Translations under genes and position numbers: made by a program
Notes under the pieces: model-generated
Seen by the model: the letters and a program-made list of their open reading frames with translations, nothing else
What the model was told of the DNA's origin: nothing
Database searches by the model: none
Part shown: piece after piece, positions 9,015 through 18,606 of the stretch
Layout of the letters: the number at the start of each line of letters is the position of its first letter
Position numbering within the stretch: position 1 is the stretch's first letter
Source: an uncultured virus (IMG/VR IMGVR_UViG_3300021400_004213)
Lineage: Duplodnaviria; Heunggongvirae; Uroviricota; Caudoviricetes
Length of the DNA stretch: 26,175 bases
Strand: one strand, 5' to 3'
IMG/VR virus record: IMGVR_UViG_3300021400_004213

Positions 9015-9563
9015 TCAAAATCTATTTGGATGAGTCTCCCAATTAGGATCAGAAGGCAACTTATTGCCTGCCCGATAATGATCTGCTGGAAACTGCATTT
9101 CCATCAATTCATGCAAATACACCTCAGCAGCATTCTGATATTCAACCGATGTGATTTCACACATACTACGAATATCATCTGCCATCATACACTCTACATC
9201 AAATGATTCAAACTCATAGTGACCCAAATAATAATCACCAGGCTGACCAATCTTCGACGACCGATAACGAAACCAATACGTTGGATGCTCGTCAAACGCC
9301 AAACAGCTTACTCGATACTCGTTCTCACAACGATTTGACACAACACGATAATATCGATTCATTTCAGGAAACATAGGATGAGAAACTTTATGCACAAAAA
9401 AACGCCCAACAAGATCCGAATTCTTCTCCACTTGCATCTGCATTCGTTTCTCATAATCTTGTTTCGACATATCTTTCAGATATGCTGACAAGTCATTTCT
9501 CGACATTCCGTGACGAACTAAAAAATCATTTAGTTCGGTTTGCATTTTCTTATTTTGATCCAT
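9015..9563 (-). CDS. Hypothetical protein (182 aa)
   Basis: Start moved to ATG 9563 after AAGGAGAG; promoter TTGATA-17-TACAAT at 9629..9601. Confidence 0.8.
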   Translation of the reverse strand: MDQNKKMQTELNDFLVRHGMSRNDLSAYLKDMSKQDYEKRMQMQVEKNSDLVGRFFVHKVSHPMFPEMNRYYRVVSNRCENEYRVSCLAFDEHPTYWFRYRSSKIGQPGDYYLGHYEFESFDVECMMADDIRSMCEITSVEYQNAAEVYLHELMEMQFPADHYRAGNKLPSDPNWETHPNRF

Positions 9564-9648
9564 GATAACTCTCCTTTTTGCAAAATTCAAAACTCAATTT
9601 ATTGTATCACAAAAAGGTTCATTTATCAAATAAATTTATCCAAATTTC

Positions 9649-10941
9649 TTACAGTACCTCAACTAAAGAAAACAGCACAATCGAAACATTTTGCCAATTT
9701 CCGTTACACGTATACATAGCAATGTCGTCACTACCGTGATCCCAGACATTAATTCCATTCCAATCATACACATCATAGCCATCATTCGTGCCGCCGCCTA
9801 CATAATAACAGGAATACACATATGTATTCCCACCATGACGGATAAATGCCTTTGTGCCAGAGCCACAACTACGAATACCAGAAAAACCTTGATTCGTATG
9901 ATCGCCAATAAATGGCGTAGCACCCCAACCCGTCATATACACAGCAGAATCATCCGCGTCAACAACAGCCTGCGCATCTACATTATCATAATAACCAATC
10001 TGATATAGAGCTACATTAATCCCAACATCAGGAATATACAAACGACCATAACCGCCATAATTATCACAAAGAGATGTGGTAACACCATTATGGATATATG
10101 TATCAGACGAATACCATTCAGAGCACAAAGTGCCAGAACCAGTATAATATTTACCATCTTCTACTGTATCCATGGCATAACCACCATCTTTATATAAATA
10201 ATAAGTAGCATCATCAGAAGATACATACGTTTCTCCTGTTTGTTGCACACCATTATCATCAAAATAATACACTATATCATTGATTGTCTGCCAACCAGTG
10301 ACCAACAGACCATCGTCATTCAAGTAATAACGAACGTCACCAGATGTCAGCCAGCCAGTCCACATATGACCATCTTCAATAGAAAAATAATAAAGACCAT
10401 CCTCCGTTTCCAACCAATCTGTTACCATATGACCATCGGCATCGAAATAATACTTCTTGCCGTGATCTTCTACCCAACCTTTAGATAAACCACTGCTTCT
10501 ATCGAAATAGTAGGTTGAATCATCTAAAAATAAAAACCCAACATGCTGCGCACCAGTCTGGTCAAAATAAAAGGTTTTATCGTCTACATCGACAAAACCA
10601 ATCTGCATAATACCCGACGAATTAAAAAAATATTTTATGCCATCTTTTTCTAACCATCCAACAGTTGCTTTACCATTCTCATCTAAAAAATAACGATTAC
10701 CATCTAAGTCAAACCAACCCACACAAGGATTCGAATCCACATCATAAAAGTACGTTCCATCATCACTTTCAGATAACCCTTCAATACCGCCATCAAAATT
10801 TAATGTAATTTCATACACATTCGCTTTAACAGGCTTTATATCTGCCCCATCAACATCAAATGTCATGGCTGGAACCATAGAAATTTGATTGGCGGACACA
10901 AAAAGAAACATGATAATCGAAACTATCACTTTCAAAAACAT
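9649..10941 (-). CDS. Secreted protein with ~8 cell-wall/choline-binding repeats and a C-terminal sortase-like domain
   Basis: Signal peptide; ~20-aa GW/F-x5-(R/K)YYF-x3-G repeats; C-terminal GRLYIPDVGINVAL...FIGDH...MYTC. Confidence 0.75.
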   Translation of the reverse strand: MFLKVIVSIIMFLFVSANQISMVPAMTFDVDGADIKPVKANVYEITLNFDGGIEGLSESDDGTYFYDVDSNPCVGWFDLDGNRYFLDENGKATVGWLEKDGIKYFFNSSGIMQIGFVDVDDKTFYFDQTGAQHVGFLFLDDSTYYFDRSSGLSKGWVEDHGKKYYFDADGHMVTDWLETEDGLYYFSIEDGHMWTGWLTSGDVRYYLNDDGLLVTGWQTINDIVYYFDDNGVQQTGETYVSSDDATYYLYKDGGYAMDTVEDGKYYTGSGTLCSEWYSSDTYIHNGVTTSLCDNYGGYGRLYIPDVGINVALYQIGYYDNVDAQAVVDADDSAVYMTGWGATPFIGDHTNQGFSGIRSCGSGTKAFIRHGGNTYVYSCYYVGGGTNDGYDVYDWNGINVWDHGSDDIAMYTCNGNWQNVSIVLFSLVEVL

Positions 10942-11160
10942 TATTTCACCATCCTTTTATTCTATTTTTCAATGAAAGAATAGCAAAAACATTGATATAA
11001 ATCAATGATTGTTTATCACTATTACAACATTGCCTAAACAAAACCAAAAATAAGACAAAAATACAACCCATAAATTTTCATACGAGTGATGCAACGAAGC
11101 CTATCTCAAATTACACAAAAGGCTTCTTTTTTATCACAAATTGAAAGGATTGACGTGTTT

Positions 11161-11886
11161 ATGCATTCAAAACTAACCATACATCATCTTCTGCTAATAA
11201 TTACATGTGCTATCGTATGTATAGGTTGTACTACAACGCTCACAGTAAATAAAGCAAACGCTTCTGCGACCATTGTGCCTGATGAAACCGAAACGTTTTC
11301 ATCAACAACACCCGTTATCGTCATAAATACCGAAAATACAAATGCACAAGCAAACTCATCATCAACACCGTTTCACGGCGTTCGCAAATTCGAACTAAAC
11401 TGGCAACCAATTGAAGCCAAATTATATCATCACAACATTCATGGATTAAACAATCGATTCGACCCATATGGTTTCACCATGTTTATCCCAGACATATTCA
11501 ATGAAATTGAATCACTTGAATACAATCCAAATCGAATTGCAGCCTATCAAACGGAATATAACGATTATACACTGAGCATCACCAAAGAAACTTTCAATTA
11601 TGAAACAAACGATCTTGACGATATCGCTTCTCAAATGATAAACGACGCCGATAAGACCGTTTGCCGAGCCACCATTAACAACCTTCAATTCATAACCATT
11701 GAATCTTATTCAAAAGATACATTACAACTCATCACCCACGCAAACAATTTCTACGATTGGTTCGACGAAAATGAATATATCGTTTTCCAATTCGAACCCA
11801 TGAGTAATACAAAATATACAGACTTAACAATATCTATGTCAGGATCTATTCGACCCATGTTTCCAAAAGACAATCCAAACACATAG
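11161..11886 (+). CDS. Hypothetical exported protein (241 aa)
   Basis: Start moved to ATG 11161 after GAAAGGA; N-terminal signal-like helix; the TAG stop is followed directly by a terminator. Confidence 0.7.
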   Translation: MHSKLTIHHLLLIITCAIVCIGCTTTLTVNKANASATIVPDETETFSSTTPVIVINTENTNAQANSSSTPFHGVRKFELNWQPIEAKLYHHNIHGLNNRFDPYGFTMFIPDIFNEIESLEYNPNRIAAYQTEYNDYTLSITKETFNYETNDLDDIASQMINDADKTVCRATINNLQFITIESYSKDTLQLITHANNFYDWFDENEYIVFQFEPMSNTKYTDLTISMSGSIRPMFPKDNPNT

Positions 11887-11924
11887 AAAAAGAGCACCCT
11901 CAAACGAGGATGCTCTTTATTTTT
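11887..11924. terminator. Bidirectional terminator
   Basis: AAAGAGCACCCTC-AAAC-GAGGATGCTCTTT between convergent genes. Confidence 0.75.
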
Positions 11925-11938
11925 CTTACGAAAACATA

Positions 11939-12568
11939 TTACTGCTGATACTCAGCTTCATATGCAGTCTTTGCTTCTTGGAACTCATTATCACCAACAC
12001 CAACGTCACTAATGCTAATCAGCGTTGCATTTTCCAACCAAATAACATTCTCGGCTTCATCATAATGCACACGACCTGTCATTTGAACCCACTTATCGCC
12101 AGCAATACGATCTTTCCAATTCGTTGGAATAGCATCAATAATCTTTGCTTTAAATGTTGACTCACCATCCTGTGCTGACTCAACAACAATCACATCTTCT
12201 GCTGAAGCATCTACACTGCAATCCAAAGCAAAGACTGTAAAATATGTACCATCACCTTCACCATGTTCACGCATGTAAGAACGTACATAACCACTTGGAC
12301 AAGCATCTGGATTAGTAGCATCAACCTGATTATAACCAACCATATGTCCGCCCTCTTCTTCAGGCTCTAACAGAACAGAACCATCTGGCTCAACCTCTGT
12401 TTCCGTTTCATCATCTGCAACAACAGATTCCGAAATCACAGAACCTCTTTCTGCCCGTGCGCCTGTACCAGGCTTCACAGAGGACATAATATTCCAACCA
12501 ATCACGACAATCGAAACAATTGCCATTATCAACACAACAAGCCAAATCTTCTTGCGGTCATTATCCAT
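11939..12568 (-). CDS. Hypothetical membrane-anchored protein, possible OB-fold-like extracellular domain
   Basis: RBS AAGGAGG; one N-terminal TM helix; acidic linker; WVQMTGRV...IWLENA pattern (fold is a guess). Confidence 0.75.
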   Translation of the reverse strand: MDNDRKKIWLVVLIMAIVSIVVIGWNIMSSVKPGTGARAERGSVISESVVADDETETEVEPDGSVLLEPEEEGGHMVGYNQVDATNPDACPSGYVRSYMREHGEGDGTYFTVFALDCSVDASAEDVIVVESAQDGESTFKAKIIDAIPTNWKDRIAGDKWVQMTGRVHYDEAENVIWLENATLISISDVGVGDNEFQEAKTAYEAEYQQ

Positions 12569-12585
12569 ACCTGTTCCTCCTTTAC

Positions 12586-13137
12586 TTATTTCTTCGAAAA
12601 AACATCGTATTCCTTAGTTACTACGATATTCGGAATCAGATATGTCCAAACATCGTCGCGCATCAACTGGTTCAAAACAAACTCAACACCGTCGACTTGC
12701 TTCAAAATCAGACGCATCTGATTGAACCAAAATGCTTTCGCATCTTCATTATTCAAATCGACAACAGCTGCGTTCAACATAAAATGAAGAGCAATCTCAT
12801 TTCCTGGGGTACGCTTCAGATAAATCTTTGTGTACCAATCCATGACATCACCATGTTCCGTCAAATTCTCAGCAATCACATGAAATGAATATCTTACATT
12901 CTGATGAATAACACAATAATAAGAAACATGAACACCATGTTCATCTCGCCACATACGCCAACGAACTTCTTTCGTATCAACCTCAGGCATTCCATCAGGC
13001 GCAAATGGATGATTAATCTGTGCTTGAAGCAACTCACAAAACTCATAAAGTTTTGTATCTAACTCTTCATTCGAATACTTATCTGGATTCGCATGCACAT
13101 CCAGCAGATATTGCAATACAGCTTTTCTATCGGACAT
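12586..13137 (-). CDS. Hypothetical protein (183 aa)
   Basis: Starts 4 nt after the upstream stop; RBS AGGGGA; operon-like packing. Confidence 0.75.
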   Translation of the reverse strand: MSDRKAVLQYLLDVHANPDKYSNEELDTKLYEFCELLQAQINHPFAPDGMPEVDTKEVRWRMWRDEHGVHVSYYCVIHQNVRYSFHVIAENLTEHGDVMDWYTKIYLKRTPGNEIALHFMLNAAVVDLNNEDAKAFWFNQMRLILKQVDGVEFVLNQLMRDDVWTYLIPNIVVTKEYDVFSKK

Positions 13138-13141
13138 AATT

Positions 13142-14083
13142 TTATCCCCTAACAGCAGGACACACTGCTTTCATTTTATATGCATCAATTAACGCACATA
13201 ACCAAGCAGATGCACTATCATATCCGAAAGAAGACTCCAATGTTTTTCCAGGAATATACATTCTTACAAAACCAACAGTTTGTAAATCATTCATGATACC
13301 CATGAAAATAGCACCATTTCCATGGTAAAAACGAATAGATTCCGTAAACCATCTGTCTATTTCTAAACGCTTTCTCGTCAATACAGACCGAATGGCCTGT
13401 AATGTCAAAAAGCCATCTCCAAAATAATACGATAACGCCTCAATCAGCAGATTGAATGATTCTGCGTACTTCGCATCAGCTACAATCTTCTTCTGCATCC
13501 AATAAGAAACCATTTGTTCCATATCAGCATCAGATAAAGGAAACTCTGTACGCAAATCATATACATAGTATATATCGTCTGCTTGGTTATATTCAAAAAA
13601 CCAACCATCGCTGAACATAGATTCAGCTGTATAGATTTTTGCAGGATCACAATCACTCTTAAAAACAAACTGCTTGCGAACGTGATCATCTTCAAACAGC
13701 ACTTTATACTCTGGAATAAAATTACGTTTTGAAACTACGTGTGCAAGCCCATCCTTATCATATAAAACGATTGAATCATTACCCCAAATATACACGCTTA
13801 CTCTTCCTTTATCAAGCAAGTAATCGTGAATAATATCAATCAACGATTGATCTGAAACTGGCGGATGATTCAAATAAAAAGTTTTACCAAGCAAAACATT
13901 CTGTTCCAAACAGCCAACACGGCTTACCGTCTGGTTCTGTGATGTCCACTGATGTTCCCCATCAACAATTTTAGAAACCTTTTCTTTTCGAGATAAAAGA
14001 AAAGCGACTTGGTTTGGTCGTTTCGTCAATCCTTGACCAAGCAAGATCGTAGGATTTTCAATCCTTAACGCTTCAGCTTCCAT
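13142..14083 (-). CDS. Hypothetical protein (313 aa)
   Basis: Long ORF with RBS GGAGG. Confidence 0.8.
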   Translation of the reverse strand: MEAEALRIENPTILLGQGLTKRPNQVAFLLSRKEKVSKIVDGEHQWTSQNQTVSRVGCLEQNVLLGKTFYLNHPPVSDQSLIDIIHDYLLDKGRVSVYIWGNDSIVLYDKDGLAHVVSKRNFIPEYKVLFEDDHVRKQFVFKSDCDPAKIYTAESMFSDGWFFEYNQADDIYYVYDLRTEFPLSDADMEQMVSYWMQKKIVADAKYAESFNLLIEALSYYFGDGFLTLQAIRSVLTRKRLEIDRWFTESIRFYHGNGAIFMGIMNDLQTVGFVRMYIPGKTLESSFGYDSASAWLCALIDAYKMKAVCPAVRG

Positions 14084-14101
14084 AACATACCTCCGACATT
14101 G

Positions 14102-14197
14102 TCATTCAATATCATCGCTACGTTTACCAACAATCATGGAACACAAAACACCAAACATAATAAACGCAGCAAACACACCTGCAAAAATCAACAGCAT
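14102..14197 (-). CDS. Small single-TM protein (31 aa), below the ORF-track cutoff
   Basis: MLLIFAGVFAAFIMFGVLCSMIVGKRSDDIE*; RBS GAAAGGA; first ORF after promoter TTGATA-17-TATACT (14289..14261). Confidence 0.6.
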   Translation of the reverse strand: MLLIFAGVFAAFIMFGVLCSMIVGKRSDDIE

Positions 14198-14310
14198 GAT
14201 ATATTCCTTTCGTACCAAAACCATGACCTACAAACACAGGACAGAAATAAGATCATCATAAGTATACATCAAATCATCACATTTATCAATAGAAAAAGGA
14301 AAAAAGCTAT

Positions 14311-14341
14311 AAAAAGACCCACCTTCACATCAGGTGGATCT
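14311..14341 (-). terminator. Intrinsic terminator
   Basis: AGATCCACCT-GATGTGA-AGGTGGGTCT-TTTT right after the stop at 14345. Confidence 0.75.
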
Positions 14342-14344
14342 CAT

Positions 14345-15157
14345 TTACTTCGGAAAATCCTTAACACGAGGCTTTTTTCGAAACACATGTGGCGATTTCA
14401 CATACTGTTTCATAAACTGCTCACCCTGCGCACATATCGTATCATAATCATCAATTCTATTCTCATTAATCAAATGCTCGATAACTTCTGCATAATCACT
14501 TCGATAAAGACGCCAACCATAAAGATCCTCATACTGAGATGCGTCTTTATAATTGAACGGACATAAGACATAAAGGCCGTCAGGTAATTCGCCTCTATCA
14601 CCGCGAATTTTACTAACGGTATTCACCAAGGCTCGATCACTGGTATTCTGATACGACCAAATGCGATACCGTTCATTCTGATATTCCAAATACATATCCG
14701 TATGATCTGCAATATCATCCTCAGGACTACTACGATAACATACAGCATCGGTCAACTGATCTGCCAGTTTCCCAGGTAAATCCATTTCTCTCAAAAAGGC
14801 TGGGAGCGAACGAAGCCCTCGACCAACAATACCTGTAATCAAACCCTCATTATCAAAATGCTGATTGCATTCATGAATAAGTCTCATCATATATGATACA
14901 GGAGTTAAATAACCCTCATTTAACGCATCATAAAAGACTTGCGAATAACTAATCTGTCTCAAAGGACCCTCATACTTATAAGGAATACCCTCCACTGAAT
15001 ATCCATTCATCATCTTGTCCGTTAAATTCTGCATTTGCAGTATCGTCTTCGCTTGTTCAATTTCTTCTGCAGGATAACCATGACAAAACTTAAGACCATC
15101 AACGTAACTACGTTTCGCCCAAGCTCCCATGTATTTACGAACATTTTTGATATCCAA
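14345..15157 (-). CDS. Hypothetical protein (270 aa), possibly a restriction-endonuclease-like (PD-(D/E)XK fold) nuclease
   Basis: TTG start after AAGGAGG. The ORF is well supported; the function is a weak guess from RGLRS..FLRE and EDDIADHTD...IWSYQ. Confidence 0.45.
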   Translation of the reverse strand: MDIKNVRKYMGAWAKRSYVDGLKFCHGYPAEEIEQAKTILQMQNLTDKMMNGYSVEGIPYKYEGPLRQISYSQVFYDALNEGYLTPVSYMMRLIHECNQHFDNEGLITGIVGRGLRSLPAFLREMDLPGKLADQLTDAVCYRSSPEDDIADHTDMYLEYQNERYRIWSYQNTSDRALVNTVSKIRGDRGELPDGLYVLCPFNYKDASQYEDLYGWRLYRSDYAEVIEHLINENRIDDYDTICAQGEQFMKQYVKSPHVFRKKPRVKDFPK

Positions 15158-15185
15158 GGAACCAGTCCTCCTTCTATCGGGTAAC

Positions 15186-15244
15186 TATTGACGAAACAAT
15201 TCCGTCAATATGACTAATGTAACACAAAAGTTAGACAAATGCAA
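15186..15244 (-). promoter_or_regulatory. sigma70 promoter followed by an inverted repeat at +1
   Basis: TTGCAT-17-TACATT (15244..15216); TATTGACG-9 nt-CGTCAATA (15186..15210). Confidence 0.55.
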
Positions 15245-15275
15245 GTTTTGATATATGATCAACACATAAATGAAC

Positions 15276-15314
15276 AAAAAATAAGGGACTATCAAATTGA
15301 TAGTCCCTTAAAAA
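15276..15314 (-). terminator. Perfect 14-bp inverted repeat, probable terminator
   Basis: TAAGGGACTATCAA-A-TTGATAGTCCCTTA, with a T-run on the minus strand, downstream of 15339. Confidence 0.75.
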
Positions 15315-15338
15315 CATACTACATTTATAAAACTCCCA

Positions 15339-15911
15339 TCAACGTGAGAACTTATGTGTTTCGTAAGCAGTTTCCAAATCTGCAATTACATCTTCTATCG
15401 AAACAGGCGTACAAGCATGTGCATCTACACCGACATTATACATCCAATAATTTTCTTCACCTGTCTTTTCATCTCGAAAGAAACAATGTTGTTGATGTGT
15501 ATGACCAAAAAGATTTATTAAATCTTTTTTCGGTGAACGATCATCACCATGCATACACAATGTCGGATAATGACTCAAATAAAAACGATATTTACCATAC
15601 TTCACAATTGTTGCATACACAATCTCTACGACATTGTAACATTCACGATATAACCGCTCACGAGTATCTGTATCGTGATTTCCCAAAATAATATGGATAC
15701 GTCCTCTAAGTCGCTTGATGAACCAAAGACCACCTTCATTATTATTCAACATCAAATCACCAAGGACATAAACATCATCATCTTCTGTCACAATACGATT
15801 CCAATTGCGAAAAATCGCATTGTTCATATCGTAAACATTTGTAAAACCTCTCGGTTCATACAAAAACGGCTTATCGTGACCAAAATGAAGATCTGATGTA
15901 AAATAAATCAC
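15339..15911 (-). CDS. Calcineurin-like phosphoesterase of the short type common in phages (190 aa)
   Basis: IYFTSDLHFGH, WN..V...DDVYVLGD, GNHD, LSHYP, GHTH and NVGVDA; GTG start after GAGGTG. Confidence 0.9.
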   Translation of the reverse strand: MIYFTSDLHFGHDKPFLYEPRGFTNVYDMNNAIFRNWNRIVTEDDDVYVLGDLMLNNNEGGLWFIKRLRGRIHIILGNHDTDTRERLYRECYNVVEIVYATIVKYGKYRFYLSHYPTLCMHGDDRSPKKDLINLFGHTHQQHCFFRDEKTGEENYWMYNVGVDAHACTPVSIEDVIADLETAYETHKFSR

Positions 15912-15926
15912 GATATCACCTCACTA

Positions 15927-16316
15927 TTAATCCTTAATGATAACATCTCCAGAAACATCCGTCGAATATGTGAACCGAATCACACCATCCGATTCAACAT
16001 AATCAATACTTCCTTCGATGATATATCCAGAACCTTCTAACGAATGCAACACAGCAAGCATCTTTTCAGACTTACCTTTAACGTCAGCCTCCTTATAAGC
16101 ATCACTCTTCATAAGTGACGCAACACGCTGATCCACATAATTCATGATGTTCTCATTGGCTTCCTGCTTTGTATATTTACGTGTTGGTTCTACTTCATAT
16201 TCTTCAGCAACACTGCCAGATTCAACAACATTATCGGCACTTGCTTCTGAACTACCACAAGCAACCAACGTCACACATGTCATAACAACAAGTAACAAAA
16301 CAATCAATTTCTTCAT
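15927..16316 (-). CDS. Hypothetical lipoprotein (129 aa)
   Basis: MKK, hydrophobic stretch, then lipobox LVAC. Confidence 0.8.
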   Translation of the reverse strand: MKKLIVLLLVVMTCVTLVACGSSEASADNVVESGSVAEEYEVEPTRKYTKQEANENIMNYVDQRVASLMKSDAYKEADVKGKSEKMLAVLHSLEGSGYIIEGSIDYVESDGVIRFTYSTDVSGDVIIKD

Positions 16317-16337
16317 TTCGATACCTCAATTCATAAA

Positions 16338-16697
16338 TTATATAGCTTCGCCATTCTTTGTTTTCTTAGATACTTTCCTTGCATGAGCCATTTCCCACAC
16401 ATAACGGATAAAAACATCCCAATTTAACATGACCTGGTCATAAACATCAATCTTTTTTTCCTGAAACGAATCACTGGGAGGCCAATCCGAAAGAATAATC
16501 TCCCATTCTGCCTTACTCCAGAAATAATATTGAAGACTCTTTTTAATTTCTAACGAAAACACCTCAAAATCGTCCTTATATCGCTTATAAATTTTCCGCA
16601 CATCGTCCATAAAACGACCATGCCGAAAGATATTATATGCAGTAATATTCCGACAATTCATGTCTTCCACATAAACATACCATTCCATATCACGCAT
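16338..16697 (-). CDS. Hypothetical aromatic-rich protein resembling Firmicutes phage hypotheticals
   Basis: RBS AAAGGGG; YYFWSKAEWEII and KIDVYDQV..NW; promoter TTGATT-17-TATGAT at 16762..16734. Confidence 0.75.
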   Translation of the reverse strand: MRDMEWYVYVEDMNCRNITAYNIFRHGRFMDDVRKIYKRYKDDFEVFSLEIKKSLQYYFWSKAEWEIILSDWPPSDSFQEKKIDVYDQVMLNWDVFIRYVWEMAHARKVSKKTKNGEAI

Positions 16698-16763
16698 CGA
16701 CAAACACCCCTTTCGTCATGTATTTCTGCTACAATCATAACATAAAAAGACTCATAAATCAAT

Positions 16764-16794
16764 AAAAAAGCCGAAATCTTTCGATTCGGCTTTT
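16764..16794. terminator. Intrinsic terminator (bidirectional shape)
   Basis: AAAAAAGCCGAA-ATCTTTCGA-TTCGGCTTTT. Confidence 0.75.
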
Positions 16795-16806
16795 CGTCTT
16801 ATATAA

Positions 16807-18027
16807 TCAATTCAACAGATATGTTTTTCGTACAGGCTTCCACTGAATCTTATCTTTCAGCTTCGGATACGAATCAGAATCCAGTTCAATCATGTCCAAA
16901 ACATTCTCATCCTCATCAAAAACGCCATAGTACGAAAACCAAGGTTTGATACCAACAACATCTTTTTCTTCTATACGAAGTAAAATATTGTCTCGATTTG
17001 CAAACTCAACATCATAACCATGATCGATAAGTGCGACATACATCTTACATGCTGTCATGTTGGCGGGAAATGCACCACCTGTCAAATACAAATGACCATC
17101 CATCAAATATAAATGAATGCTATGCTGCCCCGTAAATGAAAACATAATTTCAAATGGATGACCACCAACATACGTATATGGAGGTTCGTGTTTCAGCCAC
17201 CTCTGGAATTCTTCCTCCGAATCCAAATCAACGGTCTGCAAACCGTCATCTCGCCCATCGGCATACCGATAATACAACTCTTTCGGTGTTACACCACCAT
17301 AACGACGATGCTCTTCATCCGTATCCGTAAATAACGTACCACCATCATCCAATCCGACAGCTCGATAACAAACCGCACACGCTTCATAAAATTCGCGCGC
17401 AGTTTTCGGCACAGTTGTTGTGGTCGGTTTCTCAAGCATTAACACCTGCTTCTCATGCTCAGACAAAGCATACTTTGTCTTTTCTTCAGGATAAACCTCC
17501 CAATACGCATGCCTTGAAATCGTCCCAACACGCAAATGATACGCCAAATTCTCTTTTACCCAATCATTATAAACGCCTTTCTTCAACATCTGCACAACAT
17601 CATTTACAATCGAAATCAAACCTTCGATAAATTCTGTTGCATCTGTTTCGGGCCATTCTACTTCGTTCCTATCATGAAGGCTCAACACATACATATCGTT
17701 GATATACACGCCATAAAACGGCTCATCTTCCCAATCTAACTGTTGATAAATCAACATACAATCAAACCAACCATCTGTTTCATGATTGTACCAATCTCGA
17801 AGCTGCGCTTCCGTACCGTCATGCAATTTCTTATAATCTTCGAAACTTCCTTTTGGAAGATAAAAATAAAAACGCTTCTTATGACCATTCTCATCTGGTG
17901 CTATCGGACTTGCTGCATCAAATAATTTCAGCAGCAAAGCCTGGGAAGCAGCATCCAACTTCATAACGTCCGAAATACCATTATCATAATACTCTATTAA
18001 TTGCCACATTTGCGGTGCAGTAAACAT
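16807..18027 (-). CDS. Hypothetical protein (406 aa)
   Basis: Long ORF with RBS AGGAGG; YADGRDDGL and GGHPFE look like conserved motifs but I cannot assign a function. Confidence 0.8.
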   Translation of the reverse strand: MFTAPQMWQLIEYYDNGISDVMKLDAASQALLLKLFDAASPIAPDENGHKKRFYFYLPKGSFEDYKKLHDGTEAQLRDWYNHETDGWFDCMLIYQQLDWEDEPFYGVYINDMYVLSLHDRNEVEWPETDATEFIEGLISIVNDVVQMLKKGVYNDWVKENLAYHLRVGTISRHAYWEVYPEEKTKYALSEHEKQVLMLEKPTTTTVPKTAREFYEACAVCYRAVGLDDGGTLFTDTDEEHRRYGGVTPKELYYRYADGRDDGLQTVDLDSEEEFQRWLKHEPPYTYVGGHPFEIMFSFTGQHSIHLYLMDGHLYLTGGAFPANMTACKMYVALIDHGYDVEFANRDNILLRIEEKDVVGIKPWFSYYGVFDEDENVLDMIELDSDSYPKLKDKIQWKPVRKTYLLN

Positions 18028-18064
18028 CGAACCACCACCCTCCTAATAAGCAATATATTGCTCA

Positions 18065-18250
18065 TTAACATTTGTTTTGATCAATAACATGCAAAATGTT
18101 ACTATTTAAAATTTCTGTTCGATTCGTCGTAATCACACGTTCTTTGCTACTATCATAGCCACAAACACAACGCCAAATCACAACAGGACTTCCAGCGACA
18201 TACGTCATCGAAAAGGTCATATACCGACCACATCTCGGACAAACCATCAT
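18065..18250 (-). CDS. Small Zn-ribbon protein (61 aa)
   Basis: CPRC...CVCGY; ATGA overlap with the upstream gene. Confidence 0.7.
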   Translation of the reverse strand: MMVCPRCGRYMTFSMTYVAGSPVVIWRCVCGYDSSKERVITTNRTEILNSNILHVIDQNKC

Positions 18251-18594
18251 ATCCGTTCACCTTCAATCTCACGAAATAATGCGTCCTTAAGTAACTCACC
18301 GACATCATCTTCAGGCTTTGCATAGATCGTAACGGTCTCAGGCACCTTCACGAGACGAAACGTCATCTTTACAGCACCTTTATTATATCCATTCCAAGCC
18401 CTACGCAGATCTTCCTCAGTTCCATCAATCTCGACTTGTCGTCCACAATTCCAGCACGATGCAATAAACCCATGCGTGCCGTCTTTATAAGTATGACAGG
18501 AAATGGACAACTTGTCATTCCCACACGCGCAACGATTATACCCTGGTCGTGGCATGTTACCCCAACATGCATTTGTCGTCCATTCCCTATACAT
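18247..18594 (-). CDS. Zn-ribbon protein, Lar (restriction alleviation)-like
   Basis: CACG...CWNCG...RAWN, matching the Lar-family CxxCG...WN pattern; start moved to ATG 18594 after AAGGAG. Confidence 0.6.
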   Translation of the reverse strand: MYREWTTNACWGNMPRPGYNRCACGNDKLSISCHTYKDGTHGFIASCWNCGRQVEIDGTEEDLRRAWNGYNKGAVKMTFRLVKVPETVTIYAKPEDDVGELLKDALFREIEGERI

Positions 18595-18606
18595 AAGCAA
18601 TCTCCT

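Noticed and set aside
11080..11132. GAGTGATGCAAC before a terminator-like hairpin, resembling the 3' end of a c-di-GMP-II riboswitch
   Set aside because: The rest of the aptamer (GGGCAC pseudoknot segment and enclosing stems) is absent.
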